From positions 29,822,001-29,886,000 of the forward strand of contig OX597829.1 of assembly GCA_951406725.2 (NCBI GenBank): a stretch of 64,000 nt of DNA, read 5' to 3'. Under the pieces are notes generated by a model. The model saw nothing but the letters and a program-made list of their open reading frames with translations, did no database searches and was not told the origin of the DNA. The number at the start of each line of letters is the position of its first letter. The stretch's first letter is position 1. The position numbers were made by a program, and so were the translations under genes. Positions 39,670 to 52,035 of this stretch are shown here, piece after piece. The stretch is from Octopus vulgaris. Its lineage: Eukaryota.

Positions 39670-39960
39670 CCCACACAGGTGACAAAGGGATTAAGTCAAT
39701 TATATCAATACCAGTGCATAACTGGTACTTAATGTATCAACCCCGAAAGGATGAAAGGCAAAGTCGACCACAGCGGAATTTGAACTCGGAACATAACGGC
39801 AGATGAAATACCTATTTCTTTACTACCCACAAGGGGTTAAACACAGACAAACGGATTAAGTTGATTATATTGACCCCGAAAGGCGAAGTTGACAGAATTT
39901 GAACTCAGAACGTAGCAGCAGACGAAATACCAAGCATTTTGCCTGGCTTGCGAATGTTCC
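39670..39960 (-). mobile_element. Deu/Nin-domain SINE with an internal duplication
   Basis: CCCCGAAAGGATGAAAGGCAAAGTCGAC...GAATTTGAACTC, present twice. Confidence 0.7.
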
Positions 39961-40847
39961 AGTTCCCATTCTTGCCCCCCTTACTGTATCACTGCTCCCA
40001 CTTCCATTTTTGTCAGGTTTTCAGTCACTACAATCCCTAATTGTGTCTCTTTGGCAATACCTTACTGCATGTTACAACCTTTGTACCCCCCCCCCACTTC
40101 CTTACTCTAATCACATCTATGCTCTGATCCTTCTTGTGAATATACCCTGGCACTTCAATCTTACACCTATGCTGTTTCCCTCTGGCTGGGTAGCCATTTC
40201 CACCCTCATTCTTGATCACTCGTTTCTCCAAGTAACAAACTATTTCCTTTACCTCAGCACACCTATTTGTCCTCTTTCTTGTACCTCTCTTTGACTGAGT
40301 AACCATGTACCTCCTCTATAGCAAGACAAGTATTTGTCACTTCTGATTACCTCCATTATAGCAACACATGTATCTACCCGTCTCACTAACCATTCATCCT
40401 CACACAAATACTCCTGCCAGTGCCATGTAAAAAAACAGCTATAAATATGCCAAGTGGTTGGTGTTAAGGACAGCATCAAACCATGCCAAAGACAGTAGCC
40501 TAGGGTATTTTTGTACCCTGCCAAACGTCCTATTCATGTACACATTGAAGACGGCTGATAAACAATGGTATTTCTGTTGAAATTTGACAATCTTTAAAAT
40601 ACAATAATGCCTCACTTTATGAGAACCCGGGTTTACGAGTTTTGTACAGTGAGCCGAAAGTTTTTCAAACAAGATCCAAATTTTGAATGAAGTGCAACCT
40701 TCTTTACTACCATATAAATGCTTCTAAGCAAACAACTCTAGAAATCTAAAAGTCCATGAGTATTAGTGAATCAGTGATTGCACCTACAAGTGGTGCGTGC
40801 AACTCATGTGAGTGAAAGTGATGCAGAGAACTATTATAATTGTATTT

Positions 40848-41926
40848 TTTATTATAAATGACATTCCTTTTACTTTACATAAAATATTCTTTATATTGAA
40901 TTCTGATTTATATACAAAAATAAATTTTTTAGGTAAAATATATTTCTGAAAAATTGGTTTATAACAGTGCATCTATGGGATTTTGCTCTGGTTTATGAAG
41001 TGTCCAGGTACAAATTAACTCAGAGGCATTACTGTAATGAATTTGAGTAATGTTAAGCCAGAGTTTGGAACAAATTGACATCTAATTTTGATGGAAGATT
41101 GTAATTTACATCACTTCAATTCCCTTGTTTCCATAATTGTTAAAATCTCATGAAAGCTGCAAACCCATTTTCAAGGACCATACAATTTGTGCTGCAAATT
41201 TAATACAGGAGGGGGAACAAAAGAAAAAACTGAACAATCTAGAATACAGTTTGAGAACTTCAATATTCCAAATTTATTTGTATGCTATTTAAAAAAAATT
41301 TCAATTAGCCTTGAAAGTCATGTAAGCAAAACAACAACAGCATACAATATGTAATATTTTATTCGTAGGAGTCAACAGGTCTTACCAATATACATGTTCA
41401 CAACCTGTAGAGACAATATTAGCAAAGAACATTTGTCAAAATGAAATGGAAGCAGTAATTGTTAGGGCTCTTGACGCATTTAAAAATCTAGTTCGCTGCT
41501 AAAATTATAGTTAATGTTTTAATATATGTCGATTTTAATGAAGAGCTCTATCCAACAACAAACATTTCTAGAATAGCCAAAAAATAACAACAATATCCAT
41601 ATTTTTAAATTAGAGAAAAAATTAATACACTAAATGAAAATTTAACTTGGGAATAACCCTCGCACATTATCCTTAAAATTAAAAATATGCACCAAATGAA
41701 AATATGATTAGTATAATTATTACCTACGCCCTTTATTAATAAACTGGTGCAGTTCGCATTCGCTTCATTGAAAGCCTTACAAAATGTAGACTTTTTGTCA
41801 ATGTATTTAGTTTTCTTTGGCATGCTTTTATCATAAGTTACTCGACCTGAAAAAATTAGTATCTGCACAAAATATTCTCAGAAACAAAATTTTAAAATGT
41901 TCTAAGTAAGCAATGACCAGAAGATT
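40848..41926 (-). other. eIF5: Probable eIF5 3' UTR with candidate AATAAA signals
   Basis: Repeat-free AT-rich sequence after the stop; minus-strand AATAAA at 41732-41737, 41358-41363, 41273-41278 and 40848-40853. Confidence 0.55.
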
Positions 41927-42028
41927 TCAAATGGCATCAATATCAATATCTGCTCCACTCTCATCATCATCCTCATCCTCATTCTTTGGTTCAGACATAG
42001 AAACTACCTCAGTAGGAGAATAGGCAAT
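41927..42028 (-). CDS. eIF5: eIF5 last coding exon (IAYSPTEVV...DIDIDAI*)
   Basis: ttccag| acceptor, conserved C-terminus, TGA at 41929-41927. Confidence 0.95.
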   Translation of the reverse strand: MAYSPTEVVSMSEPKNEDEDDDESGADIDIDAI

Positions 42029-45000
42029 CTGGAAGAGAGAAAAAGAGAAAAGTGTTAGTAACTGTAACAATTTGTTGATGTTTAGCAACAAGTCACAATT
42101 TTTACAACTTGAATTATTCATAAGTACATGAAATAAATTTTGAGTTACTAGGATAGAAGAGACTGAAAGTTATGCTAGTTTTTTTTTTTTTTTCTTATAA
42201 AAAAAAAAAAAAGACGCTATCTCCTAAATTAGTAATTTGACATTGGACTACAGTACAGTACAGGATACTTTATATTTCTATGTTCTTAATTGAAGTATTA
42301 GCACCAATTATAGACAAGGGAAGTAAGAGATAGAAAAGCAGAATATACCTCTTCATCATCAGACCCATCTTTATCAGAGTCTTCAACTTCAGCTTCTTCC
42401 AACCACTTGATAAATGGCTTTGCTTTCTCCCTGATGTCCTCAGCCACTGACTTGGACACATGATTCTTAGTTGGCTGAAAAGTTAGAAATAAACCAGTTA
42501 AGTTTAAATATTCACAACAAATACAAAATAGTACATGTGAAAGACAAAGAGATGGGAAACACACCTTAGCAGCCCATTTTAGTATCACATCTTCATCCAG
42601 TATATCTTCATCATACAGTGTCTTTAATATATGTGGAACCTTTGACATAAGAACATCCTTGTGGATTTTACCAACAAGAATTTCAATACCAGACAACAGA
42701 TATTTTTGGGCTTTTGGACTATCATTGCAAAACTGAAAGAAAAAAAAAAGTTCACAAATCTTAAGTTTTAATTTGGAAAAGTACAGACTTAAGATGGTTT
42801 CATGTTTGTATGACAAAAACACTAACAGATTTTAATTAAAACTGTTTTAAAAACAATGCTTATATACATGGTATCAAAAGGGTTTAAAAATAAGCATTTA
42901 AATATTAAAGAGTGGAACTATATTTACCCTTAAGAGGAGTTTCTTGTGTTCCTTAATTTGTTTTAAAATGTCTGCATTAAAAAGCAATTCAACCAGGATT
43001 GTAGGACATTTCTCTTTGATCTCAAGACGTTCAGCTTCAGCAAGGATATCTTTGTCAGCACCAGCAAGGGTTTTAGATTCATGCTTTTGCTATTCCAATA
43101 TAAATAAATGTATTAACTCTAAAATATCAAACCTTCTATTCAAAAACACATACTATTGTTTAAAACATGTCAAAAACCTTTTACTATATCAGCACAAGGG
43201 TACTGGATATTCCCATTAAAAATAAATTCAAAAGTATTAAAGTAATAACTAATCAATAGGAGTATCAATATACTTAAAACCTAAACTTGCATTCCTTTTA
43301 TTTTAAAATGCAAAAGAACTGTCTAATACTATGCAAGCCTAAGTTACATAAACATATTACTCAGGAAAAATTTCGACTCAACTCACTTTGATAAAGTTGT
43401 AGAGAATGTTCATTCTTTCTTCTTGTGTCTTTTCAAGATCATCTGTTAAGGTAAGCCCTTTGGCTGCCGATGTCAAATCTCTCATACGTTCCCTGACAGC
43501 TGCTTCACTAAAATCTTCAGTCCAATCATCATCATCACCAGCATCTTGGGCCTCAGGAGGTGCCAGAATATCTCCTCCACTTGCACGCTGAGCAGCCATT
43601 TGTTCTTGTGCATTAGCTTCAGGGCTGTTACAATCACCATTCACACTCTCTTGTTTCTTTGACTTCTTTGACTTTTTGCTTTTAGATGTTGCTTGAGCTT
43701 GATTATCCTAGAAAATGAAATTAATTCTCAGTTTCAGTTTTGAATACCAAGTTGATATATTCACAAGATACTTTAATGTGCAGTTCATAGTGTTCTATTA
43801 TTAGGCAATATACAGACATTAAATTCTTTAGAAAATATTGACAATCCTTTGAAATTTAAAATTAGCTTTTCTTATGGGCCCAAATTATGCCTAAAATCAA
43901 ATGCTTTCTATCTTAAAAAAAGGAAGAGTAACCATTCATTACCTGATCAGGTGGGTTTTTCAAGATAAATGTAGTAAGCTTATGATTCATATCAACGGGA
44001 CCTTGGTATCCACATGCAATACAACGTTGCAAGATAAGCTGCTTTCTGGATAAAATAACCTGAAAGTTCATTAAAAAAAACTTTAAAATATATGCACCTT
44101 CAATCAAAGTAAGTTATAAAAGTTGAACGTTCAGAATAGTTGCTTACCAAATTGGTCTCTGGATTAGAGCATTGTGGACAAAGCACAAATTTCTTAATGA
44201 ATCCATCAAGTAATCCCTGCAGCTTAATAGCTTCATGTGCACCATTAACAATGTAGCGATCATTTTTCAAGTCAAATTGTGTTTGGGCGCCAAGTTCACA
44301 GCCAAAATACTTGGTAGGATCTTAAAAATAAATAGGTTAAAATAAAGTTTGCAACTTGAATACTCATCGAGTTGACAGCTTATATTCTATTCAGAACTTC
44401 AAATATGAAATCTACATCACAAGGAGAAAAAAAAAGCTTACATTTTGGGGGCCTTGAGAGAGCTTTGGCAATCTCTGGCATGTTGACAACAACTGTTTTA
44501 ATACCATTTCCTTTCCCTTCTACCTAGAAATGGAAAAAGAAAAATCATTTTACAGAATCGAAGTTTTACAAAAAAAAATTTTAAATATGGACAACTTCCG
44601 ACAGAAAAAGTGAAACGTAAAGTACTAATAATCAGCAGAAATGAGGAGTAAAACGCAAAATGTGTTTTATTTAGAGTTATAATTTAAATTAAAGTAAAAT
44701 TTCAGGAGTTGATATACGAACACACCGGTACATACGTGTGTATGGTTGAATTGCGCTGATATACTCATATTAGCCAATTGTTAACCTTTCCAGTTAGTTT
44801 CACTTTGTTCAAGATTACATGTAAACCGTATTTGATGGTATAAAAAAATAATTTTTTTAATTAAAAAAAACGCATATGTATAAGATACACCCTAATTTCT
44901 AGAAGAGTTTTTGTACTCTTATTTAAAGTAACTTCGCACATAGGAGCCCCAGTGATATGAGGCGTTTGAGTTTTTTACTGTTTTGCAAAAGGTGGTTAAA

Positions 45001-45124
45001 AATGCGTCTTATAAGACAAATATATTGAAGTACAAGAATGATAACATACTTTTGCTATGAGACGAGGCATCTTATAGCGATAAAACTGGTCAGACACATT
45101 GGTGTTGACGTTAACGCAAGCCAT
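41927..45124 (-). CDS. eIF5: Eukaryotic translation initiation factor 5, spliced CDS join(45124-45050,44523-44442,44320-44148,44059-43943,43707-43387,43089-42928,42732-42565,42474-42349,42028-41927), 1326 nt, about 441 aa
   Basis: Manual splicing gives [69 protein letters not shown]... It includes the GAP arginine in FYRYKMP, the zinc ribbon CPQC...CIAC, W2/HEAT acidic-aromatic boxes ([24 protein letters not shown]) and the typical C-terminus DIDIDAI*. All introns are GT-AG and the frame is preserved. Confidence 0.97.
42349..42474 (-). CDS. eIF5: eIF5 coding exon 8 ([29 protein letters not shown]...DDEE)
   Basis: tttcag| acceptor, |gtatat donor, AA-box 2. Confidence 0.95.
42565..42732 (-). 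CDS. eIF5: eIF5 coding exon 7 ([13 protein letters not shown]...VILKWAAK)
   Basis: tttcag| acceptor, |gtgtgt donor, AA-box 1. Confidence 0.95.
42928..43089 (-). CDS. eIF5: eIF5 coding exon 6 ([27 protein letters not shown]...LLLR)
   Basis: aatag| acceptor, |gtaaat donor, EAERL motif, in frame. Confidence 0.93.
43387..43707 (-). CDS. eIF5: eIF5 coding exon 5 (lysine-rich linker, [18 protein letters not shown]...)
   Basis: ttttctag| acceptor, |gtgagt donor, conserved acidic DW linker motif. Confidence 0.94.
43943..44059 (-). CDS. eIF5: eIF5 coding exon 4 ([20 protein letters not shown]...KNPPDQ)
   Basis: tttcag| acceptor, |gtaatg donor, second CxxC of the zinc ribbon. Confidence 0.96.
44148..44320 (-). 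CDS. eIF5: eIF5 coding exon 3 ([13 protein letters not shown]...[11 protein letters not shown])
   Basis: ttttaag| acceptor, |gtaagc donor, conserved eIF5/eIF2beta N-terminal domain. Confidence 0.96.
44442..44523 (-). CDS. eIF5: eIF5 coding exon 2 ([27 protein letters not shown])
   Basis: tttctag| acceptor, |gtaagc donor, conserved eIF5 peptide. Confidence 0.96.
45050..45124 (-). CDS. eIF5: eIF5 coding exon 1 ([25 protein letters not shown]); the full exon with its UTR part spans 45278-45050
   Basis: ATG in strong context (ggaATGg); donor AAA|gtatgt; acceptor ttttttttccag| ahead of 45278. Confidence 0.95.
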
Positions 45125-47574
45125 TCCGATTGATTTTTGTGACACTTATGTTTACGATGGATGCTACTATCAGGATAGCGCCAATGGCTCCAAACCGTGG
45201 AGAAATTCATAAAACCTTGATCGGATTTACTTCTGGTCGAACACTTAGTTCTCGTGCTCAATAGGCACAATGATAACTCTGGAAAAAAAAATAAAAGAAA
45301 AAATGACAAAAACCACTGGCTACAAAAAACAATATTAAAAAGTCTATGTAAATTCGTGGCTAGATACTCACAAATTATTATTATACTAGCAGTATTCCTA
45401 TGTTGATAAAAGACTTATTCATATTCAAAAAAAATTATTTTTTTGCGAACTAATATTTTCCAAGTTGCCAAGAGACCACTAACAAATTTCGAAATTTCTA
45501 TTTAATCCACCGAACTTTCAGAAATCAAGCATAATCCAACATTATCTTCAAGAAAAAGATCATTGTGCCTTTAACAAATCCCCAATAGGTTGCTGTTAAT
45601 CGTCAATATGGTTGAATATTGGAAAGGTAGATTTGATACAAAGTCTTTTTCGGCAAAAGAGGAGAAAAAGAAAAAAAAAGAAGAGGTTGTATCGGTCATG
45701 GCTTTCCTAAGGGCAATAGCAATTCATCTAAAAAGAAATTGTTTTTAAGGTCCATGTTAATGAAACTTATAATCAATAGTTGACGCATTAAAGTCGTTGG
45801 GGTCAATGACAACAGCATTGAAACTTAACAAGTCGCGAAACTTCTTCGAAAACAAAAAACAAAAAAAAAACAAAAAGAAGGAAAAAACTGATAGAAACTA
45901 GAGAGGCGTTCATTGTTGAATAATTTTGGAAGGCGTTCTGTGGAACGACGATGCCAATATTTTGAAATTTAGCAACAAAAAAAAGAAAAAGAAACGGATT
46001 CAAATGGTTAAAGACCTTTTTAAAAAAAAATAAGTTCAAAGAGTTCGAGACGACAGTCTGTAGGTGGTGACGACATTAAAAGCTCTTGCTATATTATACA
46101 TAGCAGAGGCGAGGCAACGTGGAAGTTAAAAAGAATTGGAAGAAGAAAAAAAAAAGTCCTGTTTCCCTACCACCTCGAAAATTAATAAATATGAAACCAA
46201 ACTTTCTCTTCAATTAAATCCATTTAGCAATATATAAATCAATTAAAACGATATTTTAGAAGCTTATTAAAATGGAAATATGTTTTCTTTTATCTCGTTC
46301 CTTTACGTAGAGGTCAAACAACGAGTATCTATCTGACTGACATAAGCACATTAGTTACAAAAAGGCAATACGACATTAGAATTAAAGATTAGAGCAGCAA
46401 TTAATGTCTGGGCAAGTAAACTAATTGAGACCTTCCACATTCAATTGAAACGTTGGTTTCTCTGACGGCAATTAGCAAACCTCACAAAGAGAAGCGAAAA
46501 TCAGAGGGGGCAAGGGGGGAAAAAAAAAAAACCCATCGAATTCACTCTCTTCAATAGATTACTTTCCATGTGGCGATTGTACCTCCACCCACATATGTAA
46601 ATCGTACATAATTGAAGCTAAATAACACATTTGGGGGAAAAGAGAAATTACTTCAGAAATGGAATTTTTTTTTTTCTTGATTGATTTAAAAAGAAAATTT
46701 TTTTTTCGGAATACTATAATTAGAAAGAAAAAAAAAATTTGATGGGTGGAAAAAAAAAAAAAAAAAAACCCCGGCGAACCCAAATTAAAAGTGAAAAGAC
46801 AGGGAGAGATAGGTCAAAGAAGTTGGATTTTTCTAAAAATTTCCGTTAATATCGTTGGCAGCAAGTGGCAGTAAAAGAATGAAAGGGAACGAAATTAAAA
46901 TTCCTTAAAACGCACAAGTCACACACATCACACAGAAATGCAAGACTTAATGAAAACAGAACAAGGCAATTTTATTTTTTCTCTCTCTCTCTCCCCCAAG
47001 GCCACGAAACATTTCATAAAAGAAAGTAGCCATGTATATAATAAAACCAATGTGAACAGACATGGATGGATTCCATGCTGAACGTGGAAAATTTTCCTGG
47101 TGTTGCCGATAATATTCAATGGTAAAAATCAGGTTTTAAATGTGTATATATATATATTACTTTTATATATAACGTTTTATACATTTATATACATCTATAA
47201 CATGCATGTAACATAATTTGCTTACATAGAAACAAACATATAGCACTTTAAACACTGTAATAGGTTTTAAGTACTACATAGCTTCTCCCACACGCATAAT
47301 ATACATTCTCTCACTACACACACATGTAATATATACATACGATTGTTACACACACACACTATTTAACAATTAAGCCTAGAACATACGAACATATAAAGAT
47401 GTACATGAATTAGTGATGAAAGGAACATGCGGTTGATGTCACGACAAGAAAGACCAGCACATAATAGAAGAGTAGCGAAAAAAGGGTTTAATTTTAAAAG
47501 AGACTATGAGAAAGTGTGATTATATATATATATATATATTAGAAGTATTAGGGGTGATGTACACATTTAATTTT

Positions 47575-47612
<38 letters not shown>

Positions 47613-47639
47613 CTTTACTGCCCACAAGGGGCTAAACAT

Positions 47640-47683
<44 letters not shown>

Positions 47684-48014
47684 ATAGAGAAATCTAGAAT
47701 AAAGGATATACATATAAAAAAAACGATGTGTATATATATTATATAAGCTTATGTAGGAATACTGTGATAGACACGCGAAAAGTTAAAAGTTATGGACTTG
47801 TAACATGAAAACTGTAGGCCACAAAAAAAAATGTGAATGAAAAAAAAAGAAAATGGACAGAAATACAAGAAATTTTTTTTTTTTTTAAAACTGAGAAAGA
47901 GAGAGAGCGGTATGGAGAGAGGAGAGGCGATTTCTAAATGGTTGTGGTTAGTTTAGAAATTGTCCAAGAGGAAAGGAAAAAAAAAAAAAACTTACCGTCT
48001 TGATGCAATGACAT
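45055..48014 (-). promoter_or_regulatory. Spliced inhibitory uORF of eIF5, join(48014-47996,45278-45055), 80 aa, overlapping the main CDS out of frame
   Basis: uAUG1 tttttATGt at 48014 and in-frame uAUG2 gttttATGa at 45210. The TAG at 45057-45055 lies about 70 nt downstream of the main AUG. Confidence 0.85.
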
Positions 48015-48902
48015 AAAAACGTCGACGACAACAGAAAGGATAAAGAGATAAAATAAAATATGGCGGTTGGCAACAGCTGAAGAAGGGAGCGACACGAGCT
48101 CCTATTACTTCGTCCTGGTAGCCGTCTTCTTCTTCTTCTTCTGGCTGCTGCTGCTGCTTGCTTGCTTGCTTGCTTTGCTTGCTACGTCGCCGTCGTCGTC
48201 GTCGTCACTGTCTTCTTCTTCGCCGCCACCACCACGACTCCTAAAACAAACACTACTTTAGTAGGAGTGTTTTTAGTAGTGTTAATAGTTGTTTTTTTTT
48301 TTTTTTTTGGCTTTCTCGGTACACTGGTTGTTGAGTGATGGAAAGTAGTTGAAGGTGGTGGCAGAGTCGATATTGCTGGTGCTTGCTTTTATAGGCTTTT
48401 TTTTTTGTAAACTGCTGCTGCTGTTGTTGTCACTAGTGAAAACACTAGTGCTGCTGCTGCTGCTAAGTACCGACACTAGTGCGGCACCTGATGTTGCTGC
48501 TGCTGCTAGCACTGACAATGGTCGTCGCTGCTCCTACTGCTGCTGCTGCTGATGTCGTGTTGATAAGGAAATACTAAAATACTAATAATAATAATAATGG
48601 CAGTGGTGATTTCAAAAAAAAATTATAAACTTGTTCACCGCTTTTCTACCAGTAATATACGTGACCAAATTAACTGGGTTTTCTTCCTGTTGTTGTTGTT
48701 CTTTTGTGTCGAGGTTAATAGTGAAATAAATGTTGATAACGATGATAATACTGCTGCTGCTGACGGCAACTGTTATTCTGTGCAGACTGATGATCTTCAA
48801 AAATCACTGGTGAAAACAATACAAAACTATTATTAATGTATTTTTTTTTAATGATATATATATATTAAACGATCGTAATAAACGTATTCCGTAAAGTAGT
48901 TA
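47996..48902 (-). other. eIF5: eIF5 5' leader exon (3' end firm at 47996; 5' extent inferred, about 48090 to 49000)
   Basis: Donor GACG|gtaagt at 47996/47995. Splicing to 45278 keeps the uORF in frame. No minus-strand ATG between 48015 and 48902. Confidence 0.65.
48057..48066 (+). promoter_or_regulatory. YY1-like motif AATATGGCGG in the eIF5 leader/promoter
   Basis: Matches AANATGGCGG; next to the pyrimidine tract CTCCCTTCTTC on the minus strand (48079-48089). Confidence 0.4.
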
Positions 48903-51319
48903 CATATATATATATATATATATTGAGGTTGTTATCCAATAACCAAGAATTCGTTTTGTGATAAGAATACTAGGGTGTTTATTGTTTCTCTCTTGTGTTG
49001 GCGGTGAATGATCTGCTAGTTCCCACAATCCGTGGTTAGAGACAGACATAAAAGGGGTGGGAGGACGAAAGTATGCGTGTGAGTACGTGTACTTTTCAGA
49101 GAGGGAAAAAGAGCTATTGAGCGATAGAGGAGGAGGAGAGAGAGAGGAAAACTACAAGTATGTATATGTCAGAGAGAGAAAGAGAGGCATAAACATAGAA
49201 CAAGCGAGGGAAAAGACGACGGAGTGTATGAATGAATGAGAAAGGATGGGAGGGGTGTGTTGAAAGGAAAAGGCGGGTGTTTAAGTAAATTATCCTAAAT
49301 TAACATTTTAACAGTAATTAGTGAGTTCGAGTATTAGTACTCCTCATGAGGTTAATTAATAATTAATGAGATTCCTTCAGATAAATAAAAAAAATTGATT
49401 CTACGGAGTTAGCTCAAAATATGCATAATCGACATATATATATATATTTCTGAGAGAGAGTGAGATTGCTATCTACAAATAAGACAGATGCGAGAGCAGA
49501 TCAAGTCGGTAAGAGAGAGGTGAACCCGTAAAATATTTCCTTTACAATACTTAATATTTTGTTGGGCAACAAATATTCTTCTAATCAAAATCAGAAATCA
49601 AACTTATCGCTTATTATTTAATACGAATAAAATCAAATTAATGAATTCTGAATTACTCACATCGTCGAGCAAATAACCTTGGTCGGGAAAAAAAAGGTTG
49701 GTTACAAAATGAAAGATGGAGAGTTAAGTTAGAGGGAAGAAAGATCGGAATAAGTGGAGGGAACCGGAATTAGTCGTAGAAGCAAGCGGAAGTCTCGTTC
49801 GAACGAGACTTATGGCATTTTTTTAATGTAATGTAATGTAACAACTTTGTTACGTTCATTCGTTTTATTATGTTAGCAGACGTACATATACCTGTTATAT
49901 ATACATATAAAGAAATATATAAACTCGACCCTACTCTCAGTTTTTCGAAACCGGTTTCTAGGAGTCGTGTTGAATAGCAGCAACGCGAAACTCGCAGCAT
50001 ATGTGTGTGTGTGATTTACTTATTATTAACCCTGTTAAGCGCGGTTGCCAGAAAGTGCTTTCTTGAGTTGAAATACCGCCGCATTCAATGTTGGATCTTT
50101 AATCCTTCCGGAATCGAGAAAATAAAGTATCAGTTGACTTGAATTTGAAAGCTTGTGCTCATATAAATATATTATATAGAGAGAAAGAGTGTGAAATATA
50201 GATACGTAGACAATGCATGTTTATTAGAAGCCACTTGTAGGGAAAGCAAATCCCTTTAATTTTCATAGCGCAAACCGTGATGATAATAAACGATTTCCAC
50301 TGTAAATGCTTGTAATTGAGATTATTGCACTGGGATACAGCAAATCCAATTACGAATTAGCAATATAACTTTATTAAGCTTTAATATATTTGTTTATATA
50401 CATATACTTGTATATGAATAATTAAGGCAGAATTTTCTCGTGGCAAACAGTGGAATAGTAAAGAGTCATAAAATAGATGAGAAAGAAAACTCCTGGCCAG
50501 TTGGCAAGTTATGGTCGCAGATTCTGGCGTTATCTATCCCATGTACACAGCTGAACTGACGTATATAGTTTTTATATCCACATACATGTACGTGTATATA
50601 TATATAATACATATACGCCTTTATAAACATATACATGGATGTAAGTAGATAACATCATACTAAATATACGTGTAAATATGCACACCCCTTTGATATATAT
50701 ATATATATATATATATGAAAGCATATATTGCAGACATATATGCCTATATGTACATATATCTCTCTATACACACACAAAGAGGCATATAACACTTGCGCGT
50801 GTAACTGCGTTTATACCTTCTGCCGAGTTGCTTATAATCGATATTACAAGAATTACATATCAATTTATTCATAAAAGTAAACAGCGAAATTTCATTTCAT
50901 CCCACACGTCTCGCGACTAGGTTGTTGTGACCTGAGAACAAGATATTTCGCAGGTCTCTGTTGACTGTGAATGCCAAGTGGGAGTATTGTGGGTTTGTGA
51001 AGATTATGCCTACGTTATGTAGATTAGGAACAAACGTGGTGATGTATCAGCTGTACGTAAATGGAGATATAAAATGCGTAAGACACTGTCCCATCAGAAA
51101 TAAAGAAAAATACAATTGAAGCGGAATCCATATGTAATTATATCAAAAATATCGATGTGCGAGTGTCATCGATACATTTTAATATCAAGAACATCCTGAC
51201 AGGACTGGGTGCCTACACGTTTTGCTAGAAGATTCGATAATTCTCATGGCGAACACCGGCTGAATTTATATATATATATATAGACGTGTGTGTGTTTGTG
51301 CTTATTTCCTTCTTTCCTA

Positions 51320-51555
51320 TCTCTTGTTTCATTCATTGAACTGCGGCCATGTTAGTGCTCATCCTCGACGGGCTTAATCAAGGCGATAGCTTCCCTCCAA
51401 TTTTTATTTTTAGTCTGGTACTTTAATTTTATTCTATTGGATCCTTTTTGGCGAATCGCCCATTTTCGCACTTATATAAAAAAAAAACAACCAACACCGT
51501 ATCACGCGGTGAAATAATTAAGACACAGATATAGACAAGTATATGTGTGCGTGAG

Positions 51556-51592
<37 letters not shown>

Positions 51593-52035
51593 TCACGCAC
51601 ACAGGCGGTGCCCCAGCATGGCAACAGTCTAGTGACTGAAACAAGTATATTCACCTTTCAATTTTTACCTGTTCCAGTCATTAGACTGGGGTCTTGATCG
51701 AGCACTACCTTGAAAAATTTTTAGTCGAATGAATCAACACCAATATTTGTTTTTCTTTTTAAGTCTGGCACTTATTCTATCGGTCACTTTTATCAAACCC
51801 CTAATTTACGAGGAAGTAAACACACCAACACCAGTTGTCAAGCTGCGGTGGAGGGACAAACACACACACATATATATACGACAGGTTTCTTTCAGTTTCC
51901 GTCTACCAAATCCACGCACAAGGCTTTGGTTGGACCAAGGCTATAACAGAAGACACTTACCCAGTGTGCCACGCAGTAGGATTGAATCTGGAGTGATATA
52001 GTTGGGAAGCAAGTTTACCACACAGCCGTTCCTGC
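51320..52035. mobile_element. Cluster of diverged SINE B fragments
   Basis: Minus copies at 51320-51545 and 51660-52035; short plus tail at 51604-51646. Confidence 0.7.

Noticed and set aside
42298-42822. 174-aa single ORF as a separate gene
   Set aside because: Two eIF5 exons plus a 90-nt intron that happens to be open in frame; retention is possible but unsupported
42029-45049. Intronic snoRNA in eIF5 (vertebrate EIF5 hosts one)
   Set aside because: No convincing C/D or H/ACA box arrangement by eye; needs a covariance-model search
48067-48836. Short ORFs upstream of eIF5 on both strands
   Set aside because: Low-complexity triplet sequence with no recognisable domain; the minus-strand ones lack ATG; better explained as leader/promoter
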